The position numbers and the translations under genes were made by a program. 64,000 bases of DNA, taken from Heptranchias perlo. Lineage: Eukaryota. The stretch covers positions 5,022,001 through 5,086,000 of the forward strand of contig NC_090363.1 of the NCBI RefSeq assembly GCF_035084215.1, given 5' to 3'. The notes beneath the pieces are model-generated. The model did no database searches and was not told where the DNA came from. It was given only the letters and a program-made list of their open reading frames with translations. Numbering within the stretch: position 1 is the first letter of the stretch; every line of letters starts with the position of its first letter. Below, piece after piece: positions 1 to 13,179 of the stretch.

Positions 1-1014
1 TTTGCGGTTCTCAATACAAGTTCTTCGCATAAACCAGGTTTATAATCAAATTTTACAAGTGGGTGTCCAACAAATTCCACCCTGTCTCAAAAACATAAAT
101 ATGTTAACATTAGGAGCTAAAGCATTTAAAGGGCAGCTGGATAAGCACATAAGGGAGAAAGGAATAGTGGGATATGCTGATAAGGTAAGATGAAGTAGGG
201 TGTGAGGAGGCTCGTGTGGAGCATAAGCACTAGCATGGACCAGTTGGGTCGAATGGCCTGTTTCTGTGCTGTGGATTCTATATGTAGCTAGTCATCAGCC
301 TCGGTGCTTCATCTTCATTTGCTACTTTACGCCTCAATAACTCCTCCACGTCGATAACCTAGACGGTTCAATGATCTTTTTAAGGTAGCAAATTAAAGTG
401 TTAACCACAAGAATCATTGGGGTTAAAATTCAACTTCGGCGAGGGGGGCACAGAACAGGCGGTAGCGGATTGGCCCCCCGTTATACACCCCACACAAACC
501 CCGATTCTCCTTTCCAATGGCCCTATGTTGTCTGCAAGAAGCTCAGCTTCTTCTCTTGTGTTAAACAACCCATTTCCTCCTCACCAACTCTTAAATCTTT
601 ACAAAGCCCTTGTCTGGAATACTGCTCCCATGCTGGGGGTGGGGTGGGGAAGGGGGATCTGATGCCTCTCGTGCTCTTAGACAGGATTCAAGATACTTAT
701 CGCTGATATATGAACCATTTTCACCTCTAGTCTCCAAACTCAGTCTCTTGGTTGCAACCTTTCTTGTCTCTATACTTTATTGCACTATAAGTCAATGCTT
801 CTCTCAACTTACTTTTTGATTCTCCCAAGCTGCACATATATCAATCTGCATGGCTCCTCCCCCTTACATCATCAAGATTCAGCGAGCTATCTTCTACTCC
901 AACCCATTTCCTAGGATATCAAAACTACGAAACTCCTTAATCTTAATCATTTAAAGTGTTTTATTCCTCATGTGAGCTGCAGTGCATTTAATCCTAAGCT
1001 CTTTAAAAAAAATT

Positions 1015-2200
1015 CTCAGGATGTGGGCAAAGCCAGCATTTATTGCCCATCCCTAGTTGCCCTTGAGAAAGTGGTGGCGAGCTGCCTTCTTGAACCGCTG
1101 TAGTCCTTGTGGTGAATGTACTCCTATAATGCTGTTAGGTCGGGAGTTCCAGGATTGTGACCCAGTTATGAAGGAACGGCCGATACATGGCCAAATCAGG
1201 ATGATGTGTGACTTGGAGGCAAACCGGGAGGTGGTGTTGTTCCCATGTGCCTGCTGCCTTTGTCCTTCTAGCTGGTAGAGGTCATGGGCTTGGGAGGTGC
1301 TGCCGAAGAAGCCTTGGTGGATTGCTGTAGAGCATCTTTTAGATAGGACACACTGCAGCCACAGCATGCTAATGGTGGAGGGGATTTATGTTTCGGCTAG
1401 TGTATGAGGTGCTGATCACACAGGCTGCTTTGTCCTGGATGGAGTAGAGCTTCTTGAGCGTTATTACAGCTGGATTCATCCAACGAAGTGCAATATGACC
1501 CTAATCTCATGGGTTGTGTAGGTGCCACTTCAGTGATAGGAATGTATCAGGTTGCTGGTTGCTGTGTATCAGCACGAGCCTCTTGGGAATAAGGTGACCT
1601 TCCTGGCAGGTGAATTCTGAGAAGGACTTGATGTAGCACTTTCACTGCTGCTTGGGAAGCCTGTGTGATTTCTAGCATGCATGGGCCTTGCGGGAGGGTT
1701 ACGGTGGGTTGGCATCCTGAGAAAAACCACCATCATCCATGTCCATTTAAACCACGGCATTTATGTGGCTGGTCCAGCTGAGTTTCTGGTCAATGGCAAT
1801 CCCCAGGATGTTGATGGCGGGGGATTCAGCAATGGTAATGCCATTGAATGTCACAGCGATAGTTATGCTCTCTCTTGTTGGAGATGGTCATTGCCTGGAA
1901 CTTGTGTGGCCTGAATGTTACTTGCCACTTATCAACTCAAACCTGGTTGTTGTCCTGGTCTTGCTGCATGTGGGCACGGACTGCTTCATTATCTGCAGAA
2001 TTACGAATGGAGCTGAACGCTGTGCAATCATCGGTGAACAGTCCCACTTCTGGCCTCATGATGGAGGGAAGGTCATTGATGAGTCAGCTGAAGATAGTTG
2101 GGCCTAGGATGCTGCCCTGAGGAACTCCTGCAGCAACATCCTGGGGCTGAGATAATTGGCCTCCAACAATCACAGCTATCTTTTTTTGTGTCAGGTATGA
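1015..2200 (-). mobile_element. Degraded CR1-clade LINE 3' portion (RT fragment plus 3' tail)
   Basis: Minus-strand ORF 2084..2272 contains VAAGVPQGSILGPTIFS (RT motif). The region 1020-1450 resembles the copy at 9655-10260. Boundaries approximate. Confidence 0.7.
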
Positions 2201-3577
2201 GACTTCATGGGGTCTAGTGTCAATGTTGAGGACTCCCAGGGCCACTCCCACCTGTAAACCCACGCTTAGCATCAGTCTCTGTTAATGTTCTCAATACAGG
2301 TTTGGCTGCAGTCACCAAATTTTTTCCTTCTCAATTTCTCTTCTCCCCCAATAATTTATGCCACTTTTTAATAAATCTGCTGTGCATTGTTATCCATTGA
2401 TCAGTATCGCTGTTTGACATGAAATCCATTTGTTCTAGCAGCGTTTCTCACTTTTCTCTCCCTTTTTAATGTTGACATATGCTGGGGTGTGGTTTCTGTG
2501 TGCCAGCAGCCCTATGATCACTCCTTCAAGTGAGCCCATATAGTAACAGTTGACAGGTTATTTGTCTGAGATTGGTTAACTCAGCATAGACTAGGAATTG
2601 AACCAGGGCCCTTCCCGGTCTGTGTGGGTCAGTATTTGACCAAGAAATATATTCACCACCCACCCAGCTTTGCAGCATCTCTTCAACCCCAAGTCACACT
2701 AGTGAATCTTTATCAGAAGGTTGTCTGTTGTGACAACTCTGTTCTGATATACACTTGATTAAGTTTAGGATGACATTGAAAAGCGCTTTAAGCAACAAGT
2801 CACAGATGATAAAAGGCCATTCATGTTTTTTCTCTCTACTACAGTCGCACCAGCCTAGCATCCAATGGCATTTTTAATGTCCCTGATGTCTTTGCCTCTA
2901 CTAGTTTAACTGACAGATTTACTCATGTTTGAGATAAGGAATGTTTTTTTAAGATCGGTTTATAAATATATTTTTCACCAGTATAATTATACATCCTTAA
3001 TATTATGGGTTTGCCATATCTATATTATTTAATGGCTTATATCACGGACATCAGCAAGAATAAGAGTTGAATTTTATTAGCATTACAATCTAGTCGCAAA
3101 GACAGTGAATTGAAATGCTGGGAGAGATTGCAGTCAGTTCTACATCTATACAAATGGAGCTGAGTTTCACTGCTGATTTTCAGTTAGCTCTGAGGACAAA
3201 GGTTTTTAATAATTCACTTGGGATGGGGCCATAGCTTTGGAACGCTGCTTTTTGCTTCTACAAGGCTCCTGGGCCACTAGTTTTACCAGTTTTCTTTGCT
3301 TCCCTTGCACCTGCTCTTGACCCATCTTTTTAACTATTGACACACTGTCTCGCATCTGTCTCTTACTTCTTTACAGGTCATTTTATTTCTTGTGCTTTTT
3401 ATTTCCCTTTCTCCTTGTCCAGTTCCTTTTCAAATACTTTCCAGCTGTAATATATTCTAGTTCTGATTAAAAGTTTTCACTCATAATGTTAATGTTTGTT
3501 CTTTCCACAGATGCTGCCTGGCCAGCGGAGTGTTTGCAGTATTTTCTGTTATACATCTTTCCATAAACAGTGTAAGT

Positions 3578-3593
3578 GGCTCTTAAAAGAGCC
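3578..3593 (-). terminator. Histone 3' stem-loop of H4
   Basis: Minus strand reads GGCTCTTTTAAGAGCC 26 nt after the H4 stop, followed by ACTTA and a purine-rich GGAAAGATG (HDE-like). Confidence 0.95.
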
Positions 3594-3619
3594 TTTCTTG
3601 AGGTTATTCTTGTCTTTCT

Positions 3620-4081
<462 letters not shown>

Positions 4082-4286
4082 TCATCTTTTTGCCGTCAAA
4101 AAAATTGACGCTCAACTGGATGTTCCAAAATTGACGAATAAACATCCATAATTAAACATAGATCTGTTGGTTTATCGTAGACTTAAAACATTAATAACGT
4201 GAAAGCAGAACGGATTGCTCTTGAGAACAAAGTCAAAAATGCACATTTTAAAGTGAAGCTGAAATCCTCAGTCAGTAACGAATGAA

Positions 4287-4761
4287 AAGAAAAAAACGTG
4301 CATTTATACAGTGCCTTTCACCACCTCAGGGCGCCTCAAAGCGCTTTACAGCCAATGAAGTATTTTTTTTGGCAATGTAGTCGCTGTTATAATGTGGGAA
4401 ATGCAGCAGCCAATTTGCGCACAGCAAGATCCCACACACAGCAACGTGATAATGACCAGATGGTCTGCTGTTTTTTAGTGCTGTTGGTTGAGCGATAAAT
4501 ATTGGCCAGGACACCAGGGAGAATTCCCCATCTCTTTTCCAAAATAGTGCCATGGGATCATTTACATCCACCTGAGAGGGCATACGGGGCCTCAGTTTTA
4601 ATATCTCATCTGAAAGAAGGCACCTCTGACAGTGCAGCACTCCCTCAGTACAGCGCTAGGAGTATCAGCCTGGATTTTGTACTCAAGTCCCTGAAGTGGG
4701 GTTGGACCCACAACCTTCAGGTTCAGAAGCAAGAGTGGTACCCACTGAGCCACAGCTGACA
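4287..4761 (-). mobile_element. tRNA-derived SINE (SacSINE1/DeuSINE-like)
   Basis: Minus strand starts TGTCAGCTGTGGCTCAGTGGG (A box) and has the CTGAGGGAGTGCTGCACTGTC core and a TAAATGCA tail. Related copies recur at ~9.2, 28.4, 30.0, 52.9, 53.5 and 55.5 kb. Confidence 0.8.
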
Positions 4762-5933
4762 TCTTGAAACTCAGCTTCAATTGTAAATTTTAGAGGTGGA
4801 CCAATAAAAATTATGGCGTTGATTTTTCAAGGCGTGTGTTGTAATGTGTTCATCTCCAAAATTATCTTTCCTTTTCCTCGTGTCCGCTCTTTCTCCGAGA
4901 ATGACAATGTCCTCCTCCCTTCCCACCCTATTGCCCTTACATCTACTTTCTAAAAGAAGAAACTGTTAACTCTCAAGTGAAAGTATCTGGGCAAATCTAT
5001 GATTGTCAATATGGTTTTTGGCGTGGTCATTTTACTGGTAGTTTTCTTGCCTAGAACTCTGATTTTTAGTGATTCAATTTTCACTCTTGGCCTCACCATC
5101 TTCCCTGTTTGCATCAAAATCTCACATATTTTCAAACGCTAAAGCAGCCTCCAAGAAGCTTGCTCTCCTCTTTTGAGTCTTTGTACAGTTCTACCAATCA
5201 ACCTTTTAATTCCATCAGGACCATTTCCATCTAAAACTTGATTACAATTTCCAACTCCGAAGAGGCCTTCAACCACCGTCATCATAATCCCAAAGAGGAT
5301 ATAAGAAAAAAAATAGTTTGACATCTTTTAGGCATTGTTTCTTACATATTCAACCCCTCCTCTCCCTGTCTCCATATCTTTTCTGGACTTTCTCTGTTTT
5401 ATTGAAACTACTGTAGAAAATATCCCTCTGATCTTTCCTGTCTTGTTCCTCCTAAAACTCCAAATACACCATCCTACACAGCTTCCCCTTCCTGCACCCT
5501 CAGTGCTTGACTCAAGATTCATTGCAACATCTCCTACTCTCATTCATTCTTTCTCAGGACCAGGAGTTTGTTCAATTTTGTACTCTGCAGGCTTTCCTCC
5601 CTCTTACATGTTACAGACTTTTAAATGTTAAACTTGGTGTCAACTGACCACTATTTTTAATTCACCTCATCTTCTTCAATCTTGGTGCTCTGGGCTTTAG
5701 CTCTTTGTCCAGATGACAAATAAAACAAACACCCAGGGCCACATAGATGTGAGTCATAGGTCAGTTAGAAACATCAAGGAACCCGCAAGAAAGTTTTAAA
5801 TAAGTGTAATTGTGAGCTTAAGGTAAAGATGCTCGATTTGACATTTATATAGCTGTGAAATAAAACAAAACAAAAACACGAGAGTAAGTGACACCGCAGC
5901 CAGCCCTGCATCGCGCTATCGACACCACACAAT

Positions 5934-6180
5934 TTAAGGGCTAGGGTTAGGGGTTAGTGGTTAAGGTTAGGAATTGGGGTTCGTGTTAGCTGTTAGAGTT
6001 ATAGTTAATTAGGGTTAGTGTTAAGGGTTAGTGGTTAAGATTAGGAATTGGAGTTAAGGCTATGGTGTTAGGGTCAGGGGTTGAGATCATAAGGTGTTAG
6101 AATTAAGGGTTAGGGTTAAAGTTAGGTGTTAGTGGTTAGGGTTTAGAATTAAGATCAAGCATTAGGGTTAGAAACGGTTA
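5934..6180 (+). repeat. Degenerate telomere-like (TTAGGG)n tract
   Basis: Many GGGTTA/GGTTAG/AGGGTT hexamers, with variants, over ~250 bp. Confidence 0.75.
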
Positions 6181-7524
6181 TAGATAATGCCGTTGTCACT
6201 TGATGTCTCCAAAAAATAAATCAGAACTTAAACCAACTGTTATGTGACCAGGTGACTGAGAATGGAGATAAGAGGAAGTATCAGTCCATGTACTTAACTT
6301 AATGCATCAAGAGTGTTTTAGTACTGTGTTAATTTGGTTAAGAATGGAAATGCCAAGTGTCTGACCTTAAAATTGATGTTCAGTTTCTCCTCATTGATGT
6401 TGCAATTTAATTCAAATTGTAAAAACAAAGACCAATGGAAGGGCAGAATTATGAGAGTGGATGTTGCTGTGATTCTATACAATGTCCTCAAATTCTCCTA
6501 ACAGTTTGGGGATAGTTTAGTCAGTGCCTGGTGAAATTAGATTAACCCATCCATAAACTAGCACATTTCCTTTACTGTTACATAGAATTACATATGATTT
6601 ACATCACAGGAACAGGCCAGTCGGCCCAACTGGTCTATACCGGCGTTTATGCTCCACACGAGCCTTCTCCCACCTTACTTCATCTAACCCTATCAGTATA
6701 CCCTTGTATTCCTATCTTCCTCCTGTATTTGTCTAGTTTCCCCTTAAATGCATCTTTGCTGATCCCCTCAACTACTCCCTGTGGTAACTTCCCACTCTCT
6801 GGGTGAAGAAGTTTCTGCTGAATTCCTTATTGGATTTATTAGTGACTATCCTATATTTATGGCCACTACTTTTCGACTCCCCACAAATGGAAGCATCTTC
6901 TCTAAGTAGAATCATAGAATGGTCATAGAATGGTTACAGCACATAAGAAGGCCATTCGGCCCATCGAGCCCGTGCCGGCTCTTTGTAAGAGCAATCCAGT
7001 TACCCTATCAGACCCTTTCATTTTCTTAAAGGTCAAACCTTCATCAGCAAAACAAATCTAACCTTCCCGGTGAAAGGCTTTCCTAGACCAAATCCCATAG
7101 GATCCTGTTAGATTTGCAACATGGCAGAATTCCTGCACTTGTCTGAGGGTTGCTTTTAGTTATAAGGAAATTCGTTTTCAGAAAAATAAAGACACGGGCA
7201 TCTTTTAGCCGTGAGGACATTGCAACTGAAACCGCACTGCCGCTCCCGCTGACTTTTTTATAAATCCAGCACAGTGACACAATGAACCGTTTGGGAAACG
7301 TGCACTGGGAACTTGGCATCGGATTAGAAATTTCAAAAAGAAAACGATGTGTTAACGGAACACTCGGTGCAGCGGCAAGAAAGGCGCCTGATAAAAAGAA
7401 ATTAAAATGTGATCAGGAGAATTTTTAAAAACAATGTTTCCTTCTATTGTTTATTCCTGTGTGTTTCCCATCTCATGGCCCATCTCCCATTGACTTCCCG
7501 CTAATGTGGGGTCGCTGCTCGGTT

Positions 7525-7715
7525 GAAATGACTCAGTCGACTTGCTTTGACGCCATTGGTTAAAAGGTGGTCTCGGTTTGCTGACTTCTGATTGGCTGTC
7601 GCTGCGCAGGTCTTGGGGCATATTTTCAATCCGCTTATGCAAATGAGCTTCCCCGTTACGTCACAAACCTGCTCCGTTTACCGTTGGCTGTTGGGAGGTT
7701 TGAATTTTCAAATCT
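7525..7715. promoter_or_regulatory. Orphan CpG-rich promoter-like element
   Basis: TGACTCA 7529, ATTGG 7555 and 7591, ATGCAAAT 7637 (context = reverse of CTCATTTGCATAA), TTACGTCA 7656, TTTGAA 7699 and TTCAAA 7707. Confidence 0.5.
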
Positions 7716-8186
7716 GCCGCCGGTACCGTCAAATCTTAATGACCCCAAACTATGCTGATAATAGTCCTCCAAACCTGTTTATTACGGGTAGCTCCCGAGG
7801 AGGAATTTGCCAACAATGCACCTTTAGGTTATTAGGCTTTATAAGGGATTTTTTCCCCCTGTGAACAATATTTAGTATTCCACATATGCTCTTTGCTCCA
7901 TGTACGTTTGGTGACCTAGGCTATGTTGAGACATCCTGAGGTTGTGTATCCAGAGGTGAACACTTTGAAGGTGGCAATCACCTTTCCTTCTTTTCCAAGG
8001 TCTTCAAATGCGTTGTCACCACCCAACTCCACGGTCACCCCTTCTAACACTTCTTTAAATGCCTTCAGTCTTCCCCACTGCACTGAGATGTCCCTGGACA
8101 AGGTCGCCAACAACATCCTCCCTAACTGTGACCATAGTGAGCAATCCTTCCTTCACCTTTTGCACGATTAATCACTCCATCTTCCT

Positions 8187-8640
8187 CTAGATTGATTCCT
8201 GGGATGAGAGGGTTGTCCTATGAGGAGAGGTTGAGTAGAATGGGCCTGTACTCTGGAGTTTAGAAGAATGAGAGGTGATCTCACTGAAACATAAAGGATT
8301 CTGAGGGGGCTTGACAGGGTAGATGCTGTGAGGTTGTTTCCTCTGGCTGGAGAATCTAGAACTAGGGGGCAAAGTTGAGCCCTTTAGGACTGAGAGGAGG
8401 AGAAATTTCTTCACTCAGAGGGTGGTGAATCTTTGAAATTCTCTACCCCAGAGGGCTGTGGATGCTCAGTCGTCGAGTATATTCAAGACTGAGATTGATA
8501 GATTTTTGGGCTCTAAGGGAATCAAGGGGTATGGGGATCGGGCTGGAAAGTGGAGTTGAGATCGAAGATCTGCCATGATCTTACTGATTGGCAGAGCAGG
8601 CTCGAGGGGCCGTATGGCTCCTATTTCTTATGTTCCTATC
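8187..8640 (+). mobile_element. CR1 LINE 3' fragment
   Basis: GAGGAGAGGTTGAGTAGAATGGGCCTGTACTCT...GAAATTTCTTCACTCAGAGGGTGGTGAATCT...CTCCTATTTCTTATGTT is a typical CR1 ORF2 end and 3' UTR. It interrupts an L2 fragment. Confidence 0.75.
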
Positions 8641-9174
8641 ATCTCCTGTCTGTGGCCCACCTCACTGGCTTACCCTCACTTGGCTTCACTTCAATCCAAT
8701 CTGTCCAAACACAGCCAACACACCTCTTGCAGTGATATCTTATGCCCCGCGTGGCTAACTCAAGTTTCGTGACCACATGTTTCTTCTCAGTGGCATCATC
8801 ATCCTTAGATGTGGGGTCAGCTTCCATATGTATGATGGTCACACCAAGCGGTACCTCTTTGTAACTGCTGTCAGTTCTTCTAACACCACTGTGCTGTCTG
8901 ACTGCTTGCTCGACATTAAGTCATGAATAAAGTAGAACTTTCTACAACTTAACACCAAAGCCAATTCTGTTTGGCTCCCTTTAAGAACTGCTCCCTAGCC
9001 CCCATACTATCCCCCACCCTTGGCTGAGTGTTTGGCCTGAATCTGGTGTCCTGTGCTTCAAACCCCAGTTTCTCTGCATCATGAGGACCTCCTATTGCCA
9101 CCTCCAGAACATTGTCTGTTTCAGCTCCTTCTTTTCCACTATCGCTGTTGAAACCCTCACCCACACCTTTGCCA

Positions 9175-9620
9175 ACTTGACTCAATGGTACCACTCTCAC
9201 CTCTGAATCAAAATATCATGGGTTCAAGCCCGGGATTTAAGCATACAATCTAGACTGAGATTTCTGTGCCATACCAAGTGGGGTTGCTGCACTGTTGGAG
9301 GTGCCATATTCCAGAGGAGATGGTAAACTGAGGCACTCTCTGCCTGTTCAGGTGAATATAAAAGATGTCATGGCACTTTTTGAACAAGAGCAAGGAGTTC
9401 TCCCGGTGGCCTGGCCAACATTTATCCCTCAGCCAACAGCTTGAAAGCAGATGAACTTGCCATTTATTTCATTACTGTTTGTAGGACCTTGCTGTGCGCA
9501 AAGTGGCTGTCGCGCTGGCCTACAAAAATGGCAGTGACTACACTTCAATTCATTGGCTGTGAAATGCTTTGGAATGTTCTGTTGGGGCTATATAAATGCC
9601 AATTCTTTCTTTCTTGTTGC
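9175..9620 (+). mobile_element. tRNA-derived SINE (same family as 4287-4761)
   Basis: CTCAATGGTACCACTCTCACCTCTGAATCA...GGGTTCAAGCCC...GCTATATAAATGCC tail. Confidence 0.75.
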
Positions 9621-9654
9621 CTCCAGGTTTGACTTCCACAACATTGTTTTTTAT

Positions 9655-10260
9655 TTGTGCTCAGGATGTGAGTGAAGCCAGCAAAGCCATATTCCACTGC
9701 CCATTCCTAGTTACCCTGAGAATGTGGTGATGAGCCTTCTCCTTGAACTGTAGCAGTCCTTGCGGTGATGGTGTTCCCTTGATGGTGTTAGGTAGGGAAT
9801 TCCGGGATTTTGAAGCAGTGCTGATGAAGGAATGGTGGTAAATGTCCAAGAGAGGATGGTGTGTGACTTTGAAGGGAACAGTGGGTTGGTGATGTTCCCA
9901 TGACATTACTGCTTTGTCCTGTGGCGGGTCATGGGGGTGGGAGGTGCTGGTGAAGTAAGTTTGGTGAGTTGTTGCAGTGTATCCTATAGATAGTACAGAA
10001 TGCAGCCACAGCGCCCAGGTGTAGATAGTGAATCAGCGGCAGGGACGCTGAGAAAGCAGAATTGCCCTTTTACGGACAGTTTCGAGTTTCTTGTGTGTTG
10101 TTGCAGCTGCACCCATCCAGGCTAGCGGTGAGTATTCCATCACACTCCCGACATGATCCTTGAGGACAGATTGTGGAGAAGCTTTGAGGAGTCAGGAGGT
10201 GAGTTGCTCCTTACAGAGTGCCCAGTCTTTGCTCAATGGCGACCTCCATGATGTTGATGG
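9655..10260 (-). mobile_element. CR1-clade LINE 3' fragment (same family as 1015-2200)
   Basis: Shares CTCAGGATGTG...GCCCAT.CCTAGTT.CCCT.GAGAA.GTGGTG..GAGC with 1015-1090. Confidence 0.65.
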
Positions 10261-11964
10261 TATGGGAGGAGAGATGAATGGGCCTTCCAGAAGATGGGAC
10301 AAATGCACATGAGGGCAGTTTACAGTATCCAATATGGACAACGAGGGGTTTCATTGTTCTGACCTCACCCGCCCAGGCCATTTTATTGTATGACTAGATA
10401 GTGGGCAGTAAAGTTAAACTCCTAATCGCACGTGATATGGGGGTCTGTTTATGGGAGAAACCATTGTCATGGGGCACAAGAGAATATCTATTGCAGACCC
10501 CAAATTTGCGACAGGTGGCAAACAGTGTTGTAGTTTGGACTTTCTCCCAACATCTCTACTCAAGAGAAGAGCTTGGAAGAGTTTCCATAAGCAGTCTGAG
10601 CATCTTATGAACTAAAACTTGCACCTTTATTTTCCCCTGTGATTAGTTAAGCATATCCCAGGTCCAATAATTAACCAAGACTTCAGTAACTCGGCTACTG
10701 GAGAATCTATGGATGCCCACCACCTGTCACCTCAGAAGGCAGAAAATATCACACCACTAGACCCTAGTATACAGGCTGAACTACTTGATCAGATCAATTT
10801 GCAGATCTAATAATATGCAGAAGCAGAAAGATAAGCAAATACTAACAATACAATAAGCAATCTTGAATTGACTATTTACACAAACTTCATCTTAGCAACT
10901 CCTTAGAAACAGATAGATGAAAAATAGGGCAGGCTCCCTTATGACTGTACACTCGTCCTCACCCGATTTTTCTGTAATCGCTGTGCCCAGGCAATTCACT
11001 ACCCCACCTGCAGGGAAAAAAAAGATTTGCCCCACATCTTCTCTGTTAAGTTGCAAACATTAAGACTTTTAATCCTTGTGCGCCAGGCATCAAAGTGTCT
11101 TTACCTTAATTGATTTCTGAACAAAAGGCATTTTGACCTCATCCACAGAGTGACTGCCTTCAGTCTAACACTTTGAATCTCAGTTAAAAGAGAGCAGCCT
11201 CCTTTTTGTGCCCTCATAAAAATCACATAAAGTAATGACAGAAATTCTTGTTTCGATCCCAGTTTTGATGCCCGGGAAAGGATAGGGAGGGAGGAAGTAA
11301 GTGTGTAGTCAGGATGCTCCAGCCATCATGAGCATGGGGCAGGCTTGATGGACCAAATCGTCTCTTCCTGCCCGTCAATTTCACATGTTCGTAAATGTCG
11401 ATAAGATAAAGAGAGATCAGAGAGGTTGCAACAAAGAGAGATTGTGAGAGAGAGAGAGAGTGAGATTAAAAGCTATTGGTGGGCGATAAATCGCCTATCA
11501 AATATTGTATTTTACCATTAATATGGTCACAATGGAATCATCATGCTAATCACAGGTTCAATGCTGTCATTCCACACAATTTCCACGTGCCTCCTTTTAC
11601 TAAATCATCTCAATTTAAGTGAAAAAAGGGAGGAAATTAAACAAGTTTTACGAAAAAGGAATTACCTCAGATAAATGTAAACTCCTGATAAAACTGGTGC
11701 TCAGTAAACGTGGCTGGTTAAGTTGGTGTTCATTTTACATTTACTTCATTTCCAGTAAGCAAGCAAGGCAGCTGTTTATTCTGCTTTGGTAAAATACATA
11801 CCTAGAGATATGGATTAAAAAAGTAGCGTCCATTTGAGTTAATAAGAGGCAACTTGCAAAGAAGGGTTCCTTATTGACAAGGACAGCTTGGGGCAGGGGA
11901 GTGGGGTCGCAGGATTGTCTGCGAGTGGTGTTAGTATTGTAAAATGTTTCAATAACTAATGGAA

Positions 11965-12400
11965 CTAGGTGATGCAGTGGACCTCACCCAGAAGACATTG
12001 GCCTTTCACCTCTGGGATTGGTGTTCGAAACCAACCCAGAATATGATGGGAGAAGTCATCGCTGTTAGATGTGAAATGGGTTTGGCCAGTCTCAGCCCAA
12101 TTCCTTGTGGTCACGGGTGCCCCCCCCACCCCACCACCCCCACTGCCCCAGCACAAAACTGCCCCATAATTTGGTACTGAATTGACTATCTCACTCTGAG
12201 AGGGCACAGGAGGTTGGTGTGGGAAATAGAAAATGCCACATTGGTTCTGTATGGGGTCATCTTCCGACACTGGGGCTGAGGCACATTATTGGAGCAGATC
12301 TGTATTCTGCATCTAATCATAAAAAACAACCAATGCTTGATGCCAATCCTGGGTACCTGAAGTGAAAAATGTTGGCTTCCCCAGCACTAATAGCCTTATC
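11965..12400 (+). mobile_element. Ancient LF-SINE-like element
   Basis: Ordered blocks GCCTTTCACCTCTGG, GTTCGAAACCAACCCAG, ATGTGAAATG, GTCTCAGCCCAATTCCT, CACAAAACT and GGGGCTGAGGCACATT match my recollection of the LF-SINE consensus. Not verified by search. Confidence 0.55.
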
Positions 12401-13179
12401 AACGATTCATGAAAATCCATTTGATTCAATGGATTTACCTGGCATCCCATTTTGCACTGGACACCCCAGAATCACAAGAGTAATCCCCTACTGCCAACCT
12501 TATGACCACTATGACTGAGGGTGACAATTTTGTTAGACTTGTTGTCGTCCAGTATACCATCCAAGCCTTGATAGTGAATGTTGGCAGGCTATCTGATGAG
12601 GGTGGAGGCAATGGATATCCCACTGATGGGCTTAGTCCTGTTTACTCACCATCTACACTCAAGCATTTTCCATCAGGATATGGTGGATAGTGATCAGAAG
12701 CAATTTCCAGCCCTCTCCTCCCACCACTCCTCCCCCCTCCTCAACAACCTCAGGGATTTGAGACCAATTGTAGCATTCTACCACAATACCAGTTGAGATC
12801 AAATAAACCAGCATTGATCCGGGATTAAACTTTGGATTCTGCTTGACAATATGATTCTGCTATTCACTAGGTAAACTTGGTGAGCTCTTGGAGAAGGGAG
12901 CAGTAAGACTGCTAATTTATGGAAATCTTCCGAGTGTATGCTGGCAATGAGGAATACTCACCCATTGCCAACGCATATCGCTCAGAGTTTTCCAGTATGT
13001 GCTATCGGTGGGTAAGGTTTTTCACAACCAGCATGTACTAGGAAAATTTAGACTTTAGTGTCAACTTGTAGGCATTGGGAATTGGGTTGATTCTGCCCAA
13101 AAAAAGTCACAAAAAAAATTTAAGTAGCACCCATAAAGAGCTCTAGGGCAAATTATAGCAACATGACTGTTGTCCTGAT

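Noticed and set aside
10270-10810. Unique-looking stretch with Cys/Trp-containing short frames (possible retroviral env relic or exon)
   Set aside because: No recognisable motif, frames are interrupted, and no convincing splice pair; unsupported without a search.
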